Position numbers and translations under genes: made by a program
In this document: positions 6,999-18,500 of the stretch, one piece after another
How positions within the stretch are numbered: position 1 is the first letter of the stretch
How the letters are laid out: every line of letters begins with the position of its first letter
DNA from: a virus
Lineage: Duplodnaviria > Caudoviricetes
IMG/VR virus record: IMGVR_UViG_3300032305_001849
Location: 1-33,717 of that record
Reading direction: 5' to 3' (one strand)
Length of the DNA: 33,717 nt
Notes under the pieces: model-generated
Databases searched by the model: none
What the model saw: the letters and a program-made list of their open reading frames with translations, nothing else
Told to the model about the DNA's origin: nothing

Positions 6999-9332
6999 TT
7001 ATACACTAAATGATGCTCCTGTCGGTAAGATGTTGAAATCAATTACTATGAATTCAGCTGTCTTAGAAGGTTGTAAAAACACAGAACCTTGTAATATGTT
7101 TCTGTCGATTACATCTGGTGTATTATTTGTCTCGTCCATAACCACTCTAAATGCGTAAAGCCCTTGTCTTTGTTGAACTGCTTCTAAGTAAGGATTTACA
7201 GTATTTAAGAATTTACTTCTTGTTTGTGCCGTATTTTGTTCGAACACTAAGAATCTTGAAGTAGATGCAACAAACTTCTTTAAGTTAATTAACAATCTTC
7301 TTACGTTGATTCTATCTAATGCAGATGCTTTATCTTGTAAAGTTTTCTGTCCAAATGCACTAATACCTTGTCCAGGGAATGTAGCGATTGGGTTAACTTT
7401 TCCTTCGTATAATGTATCTCTCTCTGATTGAGTTAATCTGTTCAATACTTGAACTGCTCCTGCAATACCACCTCTGTTTAAACCAGCTGGTGCGAACCAC
7501 TCAGCACCTAATCTATCATTTTGTGCGAATGTACCTGCTAATAATACTGATGGTGGAACTGCTACTAATTTGTTAGTATTTACATCAATTGTTTTAATCC
7601 AAGGGTAGTAAGTAGCTACATAGTTAGTATCTTCTCCTGCTGCTTGCTCAACTGCTTCTGAAATAGTAGCATTTGCTCCAGCAAAATCTGCGATGTAGAA
7701 TACATCTTCTCTTTCTTGACAAATATCGATTGCCTTAGTTGTTACATAAGGATGATATTGTCTGATAATACCAGGAGTGATTAATAAGTTGATATCATAT
7801 TCATCAGGGTTTTGAACAGCGTTTAATGCTTTAGCATAAGCTACTGAACCACTTGTCGTTGATGCTGCACAATTGAATCCTTGTGTATTCGTTGCACTAA
7901 TATCTTCTCCCTTATTAATTGTTACAGTTGGGTCAATTCCATCCCATCCACCTTGAAAAGCCAAAGTGAAGTTTCTCATTGCGGTTTGAGTTGAATCAGT
8001 TGTTTCAGCTGCACTCAATCCTAAACCATATCTTGAGAATGAAGTAACTCCTTTAGGGTTATCTAAACCGAAAGAGTAGTTAGCACCATTTCCAGCACCT
8101 ACAGGTATTGGAGCTAAATAGTTTTTGTTGTTATCAGCTACGATTGCAGTTTCGAAATCAAATCCACTTGAGAATATTGATGAACTAAATGAAGCTGATG
8201 TATAAGTTACAATTGGGAATAATGCAGTTAAATCAGTTGAATCCGCTGCGATACAATTAACAGGTAATTCATACTTATCATGTCCAAAAGGAATAGCAGT
8301 TACAGGATATGTAGTAGTTGATACTTCAACTCTAATAAACTTACTTCTATTTTGGTAATCTCCTGTTTCAGTAATTTTACCTACTGCATCAATTGTTACA
8401 TCTCTATCACCAATTCTTCTTCCAATAAAGTTAGGAGAAGATGGGTCTAATGTTAAATTATTATATTGTTCTAATATTGATTTTCTCTTATCTGTATCAT
8501 CAAATGCTCTTAATACTAAACTGAATGTTCCGTAATCTGAACCATTTGAAGATTTGATGTTAGAAATTTGAACTTTGAATCTTACGTTCTCTGCGTTTCC
8601 ATCAGCTATAGTATGAATTCTAAATAAGTTATATCTAGTTGTTCCATTGTATAATTGAGATTGAATATATGGAGTGCTTGCATTACTTGCATCAGCAGTA
8701 AAGTTTTGTGCAGATAAAGTTTCTGAATCCGATGCAAAAACTACATCAGCATCAATAGTTGAAGATGATAAAGCGGTTTTAGTGTGGTCAAAGTATTTGT
8801 AAGCGTATGCTAATCTGTTAAATGAAGGTGAAGTTCCTAATACATCATCTATTGAATCAGCTGAACTCTTTTTCATATCCATTCTATATTGAGCAGTAGA
8901 ACCTGTAATAGAGAATACTCCAAATTCAGCTGCACCAACTAATGTACTATTAGCTATAGTAAATGATGAAGAATTTGCAGATGAACTATGTGCCAATACT
9001 GCTACCATTTGTTTAACACCAGCGGTAGTGTCATTTGCGATAACCGCTAATGAACCTCTCTGAGAGTATCCACCGATTCCACCAACTCTTACAACAGTTA
9101 CAGCACCAGCATCTCTTAGATAGTTCTGAACTGCATATCCTGTGTAGTAATCTTTTGGAGTACCGAAAATACTTTCATACTCAGCCTGTGTTGTTATTAA
9201 AGTAGGAATGAAAGCTGGTCCTTTTTCAGTTGGTCCAACTATCGCTGCTCCTATCTGCGATATACCTTGTGGTAAGAAAGAAAGGTCGTTCTCTCTTGTA
9301 AATACCCCAGGTGATACAATTTTTTCTGCCAT
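6999..9332 (-). CDS. Tail sheath protein (T4 gp18-like), 777 aa
   Basis: N-terminal SPGVFTRENDLS and GPTEKGP; C-terminal WFAPAGLNRG, GQKTLQ, ALDRINVRRLL, FEQN, NNTPDVIDRN, QPSKTAEFI. Confidence 0.96.
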   Translation of the reverse strand: MAEKIVSPGVFTRENDLSFLPQGISQIGAAIVGPTEKGPAFIPTLITTQAEYESIFGTPKDYYTGYAVQNYLRDAGAVTVVRVGGIGGYSQRGSLAVIANDTTAGVKQMVAVLAHSSSANSSSFTIANSTLVGAAEFGVFSITGSTAQYRMDMKKSSADSIDDVLGTSPSFNRLAYAYKYFDHTKTALSSSTIDADVVFASDSETLSAQNFTADASNASTPYIQSQLYNGTTRYNLFRIHTIADGNAENVRFKVQISNIKSSNGSDYGTFSLVLRAFDDTDKRKSILEQYNNLTLDPSSPNFIGRRIGDRDVTIDAVGKITETGDYQNRSKFIRVEVSTTTYPVTAIPFGHDKYELPVNCIAADSTDLTALFPIVTYTSASFSSSIFSSGFDFETAIVADNNKNYLAPIPVGAGNGANYSFGLDNPKGVTSFSRYGLGLSAAETTDSTQTAMRNFTLAFQGGWDGIDPTVTINKGEDISATNTQGFNCAASTTSGSVAYAKALNAVQNPDEYDINLLITPGIIRQYHPYVTTKAIDICQEREDVFYIADFAGANATISEAVEQAAGEDTNYVATYYPWIKTIDVNTNKLVAVPPSVLLAGTFAQNDRLGAEWFAPAGLNRGGIAGAVQVLNRLTQSERDTLYEGKVNPIATFPGQGISAFGQKTLQDKASALDRINVRRLLINLKKFVASTSRFLVFEQNTAQTRSKFLNTVNPYLEAVQQRQGLYAFRVVMDETNNTPDVIDRNILQGSVFLQPSKTAEFIVIDFNILPTGASFSV

Positions 9333-9367
9333 GTTATCTTTATTTAAAAATTTTTAGATTTCCTCCA

Positions 9368-9376
9368 TATAAATAT
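9368..9376 (-). promoter_or_regulatory. Putative late promoter motif ATATTTATA (copy 4)
   Basis: 36 nt upstream of sheath ATG 9332. Confidence 0.7.
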
Positions 9377-9396
9377 CAAAAGAAACTTCCAAAATA

Positions 9397-9648
9397 TTAC
9401 TGAATAGGTTTAAATTCTCCGGTAACCAAATCTATATTCCCTTCTCCGTAATTATTCTTTAATTTTTCGAATAATACTTCCTCTTTTTTCTGAATTTCTT
9501 TAAGGGTGATGTAGTTTGGTTCGTTCTCTTCTTCCAATTCTTTTATTCTCGATTGAATAGAACCAATACTTGCAAAGACATTTGCAAATTCATTTCGTAA
9601 CTGAACTATTTCGTTTAGTTCATCTTGAGATAACAATTTGTTTTCCAT
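9397..9648 (-). CDS. Small acidic coiled-coil protein, 83 aa (possible fibre/tail assembly chaperone)
   Basis: Coiled-coil pattern with C-terminal YGEGNIDLVTGEF. It has its own upstream motif copy. The function is inferred from context only. Confidence 0.65.
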   Translation of the reverse strand: MENKLLSQDELNEIVQLRNEFANVFASIGSIQSRIKELEEENEPNYITLKEIQKKEEVLFEKLKNNYGEGNIDLVTGEFKPIQ

Positions 9649-9680
9649 TTTTTTGTTTTGTTTTAATTATGGTATATATC

Positions 9681-9689
9681 TATAAATAT
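9681..9689 (-). promoter_or_regulatory. Putative late promoter motif ATATTTATA (copy 5)
   Basis: 33 nt upstream of ATG 9648; it overlaps the last base of the preceding TAA. Confidence 0.65.
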
Positions 9690-9874
9690 TACGATATTTC
9701 TGTAACCTTATATTTAGCACCAAAATTATCTAAACTTTCTAATTCTGCCGCTTTTTCGGTAGCCTCTTCTTCCGTTTCGAAGATTTCAACCCCCTCAAAT
9801 GTATAATCTTTGGAAACATAGATTCTTTCTAACACGTTTCCATCTACTACTAATTGTTTTGTTATCTTAAACAT
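9689..9874 (-). CDS. Hypothetical acidic protein, 61 aa
   Basis: ATG..TAA ORF packed 14 nt after the previous stop, with an A-rich leader. Confidence 0.65.
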   Translation of the reverse strand: MFKITKQLVVDGNVLERIYVSKDYTFEGVEIFETEEEATEKAAELESLDNFGAKYKVTEIS

Positions 9875-9888
9875 ATTATATTATTTTA

Positions 9889-11187
9889 TTATCCTGTTGC
9901 AGTTGAACCGAATCCACTTTGTAATCCTGCAAAATTTGTTTTAGCTCTCGCAAAAATAGTAGCTCCAGTTTTATAGTTTAATGTATTAGAACTATATGCA
10001 GCAAAAGTTGCTAGTATAGAACTAAATCCACTATCAGATGCTATCTGTATATCATAAGAATAGTTTGCAGTAATCGCTGTTGAACCAGGAGAAACTACTG
10101 CTGAATTCGTACTTAATGTTAAAGCCTTATATGCATTTCCTCCGATAGTTACTGAAGCAATTGATATAGTTGGATTGGTTGATATAGAATACCCCGCTAA
10201 CGAATTTGCACCCTTATTATGGGTAACGAATCCATTTACTATGTATGTATCCACATCTTCAACATCTATCGATACAACCTCTAATGTCGATGATTGAACC
10301 TCATTAGCAATTATCTCTACCTCTTCTATTTGATTCTCACCTATTACCTTTATAAGTTTATCTCCTGCTTGAAGTAATCCCAATGGTTTGAATTTATAAA
10401 CTTCTTCGTTCATATCCCATATCATCATTGGGTGTTCACCATTTCCTCTAACATCACCTTTATCAGTTCTTACTATATTCCATCTATCCACAAATGTATA
10501 TGCAACATCCTTTACATAAGCAGGAACTAATATTCCTCCTGGTGTATAATATTCCCAATCATAGAAGTTAAAATCATCTACTTGTTGAAAATGTGGAGGA
10601 AAGTATGCTTTTACGACATCCTCTTCTACTAAATCACCCGCTTTTTTAAATGTACCATCCCACATCTCAATCATCTCATCTAAATGTAAACATAATCCAC
10701 TAGCTCCCGCATAATCATCTACGTTGTAAATGGTTTTTGTCATAGCTACATTATAGCTAGATGCATGGTCGTTATAAAGGTCTCTAAACGTTGCAGTTAG
10801 TGTTCTAGCAGTTGGTGCTACTAATGTGGATGAATTACCTACAGCGTTTGCAGTTACCGATGGGTTATATGGAGGAAGTGATTGAATTGTAAACTCCGCT
10901 CCTGCTGATAAACTCCATGTGAAATTATTATACTGAGAACCAACTCTACTTAGAAATCTACTTCCAGCATTTGTAAAGTTCATATTAAATGTTTCAGCAG
11001 TTGATTCCTTTACATATGTGAATCCTGATATAGTTGAACCTACCGCATCTATTGTGAAATCCGAAAATGCAATTGGACCGGTAGTTGTACCTGCCGCAGT
11101 AGCAATGGAGTAGTTAGAAGTAGCCGTATTACCTGTCGCTGCTTTTAAATTCGATAATTCTAAATTGTCTCCCTGAACTCTAGGCAT
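9889..11187 (-). CDS. Virion structural/adhesin-like protein with internal Hint (intein-like) domain, 432 aa
   Basis: Thr/Ser/Ala-rich flanks surround an acidic 159-aa insert that begins CLHLDEMIEMWDG and ends IDVEDVDTYIVNGFVTHN. Confidence 0.8.
   Translation of the reverse strand: MPRVQGDNLELSNLKAATGNTATSNYSIATAAGTTTGPIAFSDFTIDAVGSTISGFTYVKESTAETFNMNFTNAGSRFLSRVGSQYNNFTWSLSAGAEFTIQSLPPYNPSVTANAVGNSSTLVAPTARTLTATFRDLYNDHASSYNVAMTKTIYNVDDYAGASGLCLHLDEMIEMWDGTFKKAGDLVEEDVVKAYFPPHFQQVDDFNFYDWEYYTPGGILVPAYVKDVAYTFVDRWNIVRTDKGDVRGNGEHPMMIWDMNEEVYKFKPLGLLQAGDKLIKVIGENQIEEVEIIANEVQSSTLEVVSIDVEDVDTYIVNGFVTHNKGANSLAGYSISTNPTISIASVTIGGNAYKALTLSTNSAVVSPGSTAITANYSYDIQIASDSGFSSILATFAAYSSNTLNYKTGATIFARAKTNFAGLQSGFGSTATG
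10216..10692 (-). other. Hint domain (C166-N324), no endonuclease, +1 residue Lys
   Basis: Block A CLHLDEMIEMWDGTFKKAGDLVEEDVV, block B GNGEHPMM, blocks F/G VVSIDVEDVDTYIVNGFVTHN|K. Confidence 0.85.
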
Positions 11188-12193
11188 TATATAAGTTTGT
11201 TAATTGTTCTCTCCAACTTTGTTTTGTATTGAAACGTTGTGCTAATAAATATTTAAATTTATCAAACTCCTCTTTTTTCTCTTCATATGTGAGATATCCA
11301 ATACTATCATAAATATCTTTAAATTCTTCTTTAGTACTAGCTCTAAATTTATAAGGTATATCCTCACACCAATCTTTTGAAATAATTGGTAATTTACCCC
11401 AATCTAAACTTTGAAATATGGAGAACCCAAATGGCTCAGCAGAAAATGCACAATGAGATATACCCCAATCCATACTATAATATATTTCTTCAAATGGGCT
11501 TTCATATTGTATTTGTTTTAAATTACGAAAGTTTATATCAGTTTCCTTTTTCCAAGTTTTCTGAAAGGTTCTTATATTAGTAAACATAAACCCTTTCAAA
11601 TTGTCTAAATAATGTGGGTTCTTTCTACTTTCACATCTAGCAGTAAATCCTATTAGGGTTGAATCGGATAATTCTTTATTGTGAACAAATTCATAGTAAG
11701 ATGGTATATTTATCGAACCTTCAAATTTAGTACCCTTTAATTCATACAATCCTATCCATACTTTGTTTTTAGCATATGATAGTATTTCAGTTTCCCACTT
11801 TTGAGAATAATAAGGAGTCCAACCAAATGGTAAATCACTAATCCCAGTTTCTACTACAACCTTATCCAAACAATTGTGAATTATATAAGAGTGTATTTTA
11901 TTTTTATTTTCTTCTATCAATTCCAAAGGAGTGTAGTGAGCATGTAATATATTAACTCTCCTACACTCTCTAAACTTTTCTTCAAAAATATCTCTGTGAT
12001 TTCCGTTCTCATCATTATACCAATAGTGTTCGATTGGTATATCAAAATTAAAATCAGTTGGTTTAGTTCTATAAATAAGTAAAACTGGCTGAGTGTTTAA
12101 GTCTTTACTTACCCCACTCAACCAGTTGTTTACCCAAATATCTACTCCCGTACTGATTTTACCTATTCCTGTGGTAAAATAAACATCGTACAT
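11180..12193 (-). CDS. Glycosyltransferase, GT-B fold (GT4-like), 337 aa
   Basis: N-terminal TGVDIWV (GG-type motif position), ILHAHY, IGFTARCESRKNPH, and C-terminal AEPFGFSIFQSLDWGKLPII (variant of ExFGxxxxEA...G.PVI). Confidence 0.75.
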   Translation of the reverse strand: MYDVYFTTGIGKISTGVDIWVNNWLSGVSKDLNTQPVLLIYRTKPTDFNFDIPIEHYWYNDENGNHRDIFEEKFRECRRVNILHAHYTPLELIEENKNKIHSYIIHNCLDKVVVETGISDLPFGWTPYYSQKWETEILSYAKNKVWIGLYELKGTKFEGSINIPSYYEFVHNKELSDSTLIGFTARCESRKNPHYLDNLKGFMFTNIRTFQKTWKKETDINFRNLKQIQYESPFEEIYYSMDWGISHCAFSAEPFGFSIFQSLDWGKLPIISKDWCEDIPYKFRASTKEEFKDIYDSIGYLTYEEKKEEFDKFKYLLAQRFNTKQSWREQLTNLYNA

Positions 12194-12194
12194 T

Positions 12195-12506
12195 TTATAA
12201 CCCTCTTGCTCTTTTTAAATTTTCTACTTCTGATTTTAAGTTATCGATTTGTACTTGTTGCTCTTTCATACCTTCGATAAGAAGTGCAACTAACTTATCA
12301 TACTTAACCGCTTTATATCCACTTTCTCTCGTTTGAACTAATTCTGGAAGTATCTCCTCAATTTCTTGTGCGATAACACCTACATCATGTCCTTCGTGTC
12401 CATGTAATTCAACGTTTGAAATCCAATCGAATTCGTATCCACCTATTTTTAATACCTTAGCCAATGCGTTTGGTATATTCTTAATGTTCTCTTTAAATCT
12501 TCTATC
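12195..12506 (-). other. S74 auto-cleaving chaperone domain (predicted cleavage at S|DRRFK)
   Basis: Ser-Asp-x-x-x-Lys motif, G-x-IAQE motif and terminal coiled coil. Confidence 0.88.
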
Positions 12507-15500
12507 AGATGAAGAGTAAGCTACGATATCATTTGCCGCATCGATTCTACCACTTGTTGCACTCGCCGCTACTCCAACTCCTAATGAACCAACTCTAAAG
12601 TCAGCCGCAGTATGGATGTTTTGAGGTAATGATAATGATGCAGTAAATGCTCCGGTTGCAGTTACACCTCCTACGGTAATCTGATTAGCAGTTCCTGTTA
12701 TGTTACTTGCTCTAGATAATGTTGGGATAACTAATGAAGCAACACCGGTTGATGGATTTATTGATACCTCACCACTTACCCAGTTAGCAACAGTTACTCT
12801 AGCTCCATTAGTAAAGTGTGTAGAACCAGTATTCAATGCAACAGCATCAGCTGAAACCGAAATACCATCTCCTGCTCCTACCGCTAAAGTATGAGCAACA
12901 CCTTCACCACTCGTAGCACCACCTGTCAAACCACTTCCAGGATTAATAGTAGCTACATAATCACCGGTTGTATCAGTTCCTAATGCAACTGAATTAGCTG
13001 CGATTGTTGCAGTACCATCACTAGCAATTGTAACATCTCCTTTGATATAAGATACAACTGCTTGCTGAGAACCAGAACGGAAATGAACTGATTGTGTATC
13101 AATAGTTAATGTAGTATCTGTTTGGTTACGGAATACCGAACCACTCATACCACTACCTGCTATTACATTAAATTGTAAATCTCCTTTATAAAGAGTTGAA
13201 CTTACTTCACCTATAAAGTTAGAAGCCGAAGCACTCACAAATCCACTTGCTGATAAATGTTGAGAAGCAGTTATTGAACCTGTTACTCTTAAGCTATTAG
13301 AGAACCATGCAGTAGAACCGGTGATTGGTCCAAAGAATGATGAAGAACCAAACGCCCCTTCACCTTCTATTCTCAATCCACTACCGGTTATTACACCACT
13401 CGCAGAAATATTATTATCGAATACACTTAATCCACCATGTATTGAAGTTCCCGTTACTCTAAAGTTTCCGTTTGATTGAATACCAGAACCTGATATAACA
13501 CCACTCGCTGATACATTATTTCTAAATGTAGCCGCACCTATAGTTAATTGAGTTCCATCGAATTGAACATTTGATAATGCTCTAATTTCACCTGCTGCCC
13601 AAACACCACTACCTGTGATACCTTTACTCGCAGAGATATATTCTTTACCAATTATGTTTCCAACAACTTCTAATGCTCCACTTATGTTAGTTGCATTTTG
13701 TACAAATAATACAGATGCAGATATCGTTCCACTTGCAGTTACATTACCTCTTAATGATGAATTACCTTCTATGAATAGTGCATTACCACTAATGTTTCCA
13801 CTCGCTGATATATGATTTAGTGATGCAGTTTGTGCTACTAATATTGTAGATGAAGTAACTGCTCCGTTTACGAACAATCCACTACCTAATCTCATATTAG
13901 TTTCAGCATTCGACCAAGAGAAGAATACCTGAGCACCACTTATAAATAAACCTGCTCCGTTTGCAGCTACAGATGTAGTCGAACCACTAGCAATTTCAAT
14001 TAAACGGTCTTCAATTTTTAAATCTGAAATTTGAAGTTGAGTTGTTGTACCCAATACATTCAAATCACCTTGTATAGTTGTTACAGATGAAACACCTGTT
14101 CCTGCAACGGTTATAGCATTTTTCAATGAAGAAGAATAAACTTCTAATGCACCTGTCGCCTGATTAACTGAATTTCTAAATGCGGTTAAGTTAATACCAT
14201 TAATTGTACTAGCGTTGAAATCACCATTTACAGTAAAGTTCTTATCTAAGTACATATACTGCTCAGGATGGTCCCAATAGAAATTAACGTTAGCACCACT
14301 TATAAATAAACCAGCTTTATCTGATTGAGCAGAAGTTGTAGAACCACTATTAAGTTCAATTTGCTTATCTTTAACTTGTAATCTATCAACTCTTAATTCA
14401 CCTAATGTACCTCTAACTTGTAAGTTATTGAATACAATTAAATCACCCGCACTTTCAGATATTGCACTTCTTAAAGATGCAGTATATGCGTTTATCGATG
14501 AAGAGAATGTATTATGTGAAGGTGCGAATTCTCTGATTAAAGTTCCATCAACAGTTCCTCTTACTTCAATATTGTTATCAGAGTAAATTGTATCAGAGAA
14601 ATTTAAACTTTGAGAAGCGTGCGACCAAGTTACATATGCATCAGCACCACTAATGTAGAAACCTGCGCCATCTGCTGCCGCTGAGTTCAATGAACCACTT
14701 GCGATTTCGATAAATTTATCTACTATTTTAACATCACCAACTTCTAATAATACTTTAGAACCAGTTACTCTTAATGTACCATGTACTATTAAATCGTTTC
14801 CGTTTGTATTAATAGCTTGTTTTAATGAAGCAGAATATGAGTTTAATCCACTCAATGCCAAATTAGTAGAAGCAGTGAATTGGTTAACCGAACCAGAGTA
14901 TTCAAATCCGTATTCTCTAACTTGTATAGAAGAGCTTACTACTTGTTCATAATTTATTTTTTTCTTAACACCTTCTTCAAAGTGTAAAGATTGTGTTGCA
15001 ATTTTTACAGTAGCCGATGCACTACCATTATAGTTAAAGTAATCAAATCCACCTGCATCACCACCGGTAATAGCAAATGCCAAATCAGCAGCTCCAGTAA
15101 ATGAACCTGTGAATGAACCGGTTAAAAATCCGTTTCCACTAAATGAACCTGTTGCACTTAATGAGTTAAATACTGATAATGATGTACCTTGAACAGAACC
15201 CGTTAGTCTACCACCGATAGAACCGGTTACTAACAAATCATTTGTCATTCTTACTACGGTTCCATTATCGGTCATCGTAGAAGATGTTAAATTTGTAGAA
15301 GTATATTGAATCTTAGGTATCGTATTTACAGGTAATCCAATTTCATTACCATATAATCCTCCATTAACAGGCCCTCCAATCAATACGGATGAAGAGAAGC
15401 CATCATTTTGAGCCATTACCCAGTTATCATCTACACCATCATAGAATAATGATGCAGATGCGTACACATTATTCGGAGGAGTTCCGCCTACTATAGAACC

Positions 15501-18500
15501 TGAATCATATACTATAAATCCACCAAATCTAACAACAGGTGAACTTGCTCTTACCGCAATTGTATTTTCACCGATATCTAAGTTAGAAGCGGTGATTGCA
15601 GTAATAGTTGTACTACCCTTTACATCAAAGTTACCATAGATTGTTAAGTTACCTGATATCTGAGCGTTTTTCGCAACACCTAAACCTCCACTAACTACTA
15701 ATGCCCCCGCATACCAATCACTTGATTGTATTTCACTACCTATTACAGTTCTTTCTAATTCATATGAAGCAATCGCCCCAGTTAATGATTGAGAAACCGC
15801 TGCACCACCATCACCACCATACCATATCCAATCTTTTGGAAGATTAGGTAATTGGAAATAAGTTCCAGGATGTTCTACTAATAATTCACCATCGTTAATA
15901 TTGATTCTACCTACTACAGCGATGTTCTGTACATAAAATGAGCCCGTAGGTAATTGAGTTGTTAATCCTCCATTAGGTCCAACGTATAGTTGTTGCCCAG
16001 ATGTTAATGCAGTTGTATCATAGTTTGTTAAGATACCCAATGCAGTTAATGAACCCGAACCACTTTCTAATAAATTATCCGCCGATAAACCAACGGCTGG
16101 CATTTTATCTAATCTAGATGAAGAAGCCGGTCCAACTATTGTTAAACCCGTTCCAACATCAAATCCTTTTATATATAATGGAGTACCTTTTGCAATCGGT
16201 CCACCATTTCCTATGTTTACAATTCCAATTGAAGTTCTATCTGTGAAACCAAAGAAGATTCCACCTGCTCCATCACTTCTTAAAATTTTACCTACACCCT
16301 GACCATTACTATTTGGATATCTCAATCCACTTGCAGTGAATGGTGCTTGTATATTAGCATAGTTATAAACATCCAATCCACCACTTAATATAGTCGAACC
16401 ACTTACAGATAAGTTTCCACTTATTTCAACAATCGGACCTAAGTTTGTAGAGTTTAAGATGAATAGGTTTCCACTAATTCTAGTATCTAATTTGATATCA
16501 ACGTTACCACTAACAGTCAAATTACCACTTACAATTTGATTACCTTTAAATGTATTTGAACCGGTTGTCGCAGATGTAGCCAATAAAAATCTAACTGATT
16601 CACTAACACTCTGAGAGAATGCAGTAAATTGAGCTCCATCTGTAGATTGTGATGCAAATACACCAAATACTACTTCGATTGGTTGGCCATTACCACCCGT
16701 CAATCCGTTTCTTACTAATGAGGTTGATACTTCTAATGAAGTTATTGAATGTGTTACAATTAAATCTCTGCCTAATGAACGGGATACAATTTTAGAACCA
16801 CTTAATGTGTTAGTTGCAATTGTATCGATTGTATTTCTAAATTGAGTTGCATATGCTACACTACCACTCTTAGCTAATACTTGATTATCAGTACCATTTG
16901 CTGCAATAGTTCTAGTATCAACATATGTTTTAACCGCTTGTTGTGATGGAACGGTATCTCTTCCAGGTAAACCTTGTGAGTTTAATAAAGTTTCGTTATC
17001 AGATGCCTCATTAATCACAATACCCACCGGTACACCATTTCTTCTGAACGGTCCAATTGAAGATAAACCTGATAATGAGAACTGATTTGCATCAATTGTT
17101 ACAGCACCTGTCAATTGGTCTACTCTAAAGAATCTACCAACTTTTAAGTTACCTCTGTTATCAATTGTTACCGCAAATACTTTTCCAGGTTCAATCATCA
17201 CAACTTCTTGTGTTGAATCTGGAATACCACCATACTCAGGAATAGCATTATAAGTAATACCCGCACCAACGTACTCTAATACAAGACCTCCAGTTGATAT
17301 GTTTGATAATTGGAAGAAATTAGCATTATCTCCTGCGTTTACGAAAAATACTGCAGGGAATGTTTCAACAAAGAATTCATCCGGTTCTACGGTTGTATTG
17401 ATATCTGTTACTAAGTAATCCGAACCATTTAACTTCATCAAAGAAGAGAAGTCAATATTTCTTTGTTGTCCCTGAAATGAACCAGTTACTCTCACAAAGA
17501 TATTAGCCAAACCACTTAATACCGCAGTAGCTTCTGCTCTCACTCCACCAGGAGTACTAGGTAATGCAATAGAAACTGATGGTACGGATGTATAACCACT
17601 ACCACTACTTTCTAAGTTTAATGCTACAACTTGTCCCTGTGTAATTAATGCAGAACCACTTGCTCCACTACCTCCTCCACCACTAATTGTAACAACCGGT
17701 GATACGGTGTATCCACTACCAGGATTTGTCACATTAAAACCAGCAACGGTTGAAGTACCCGCTGATAATACTAATGCACTTGTATATGTGTCTTTAAAGT
17801 TTCTTTTTGATACAACCCCTTGAAGACCGAAGTCAATTACGGAGTTTGAAATGTTTGCAAATCCACCACCTGATGTTTTAAATCCAAATGTAGAAAATGT
17901 GGTAAACATAGATACGAACTGAGCGTATCCTGTATTACAAACGTGGTGTCCAGGTCCTCCCTGATTAACCTGCGTAAATGCCGCAGCTACCATTGAACGA
18001 AGTGGAGAACGAGGTGATGCTTCTCTACAACAATTACCATCTACTCTCATACCACCACCGGCACCAGTACTATCTACACCTAAATCTTCAATATCATACG
18101 GAAGTGGAATTAATGCAGAAATCTTTTCACCATTAAAATTAAATGGTCCTGATATAGCAGTTGAGTTCCACACATATGGAGATGCCTGAACAAATGGTCT
18201 TTGATTTTCCGGTGCAGGAACTGAAATATGTGGTCTTTCCGTAGAAACATATCCACTACCTGAGTTTACATAAGTTAATCCAACGATTTTACCATTTGAA
18301 ATAACAGGTGTAAATTCAGCTCTTACTGAACCACTTTCCGGTGGAGAATCAGGCTCCTCTACTATAATATTAACAGAAGCCGTATAACCAATAGGAGAAT
18401 ATAACACAACTGGATTTGTAATCCTACCAGATTGTATTGTATAATCAATAATAGCAGAAGGGAAAGCTACAGTAAAAGCTGGTCTTTGTAAATCCAAAAA

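Noticed and set aside
10216-10692. Canonical mobile intein
   Set aside because: There is no homing endonuclease and the +1 residue is Lys, so it is reported as a BIL-like Hint domain instead.
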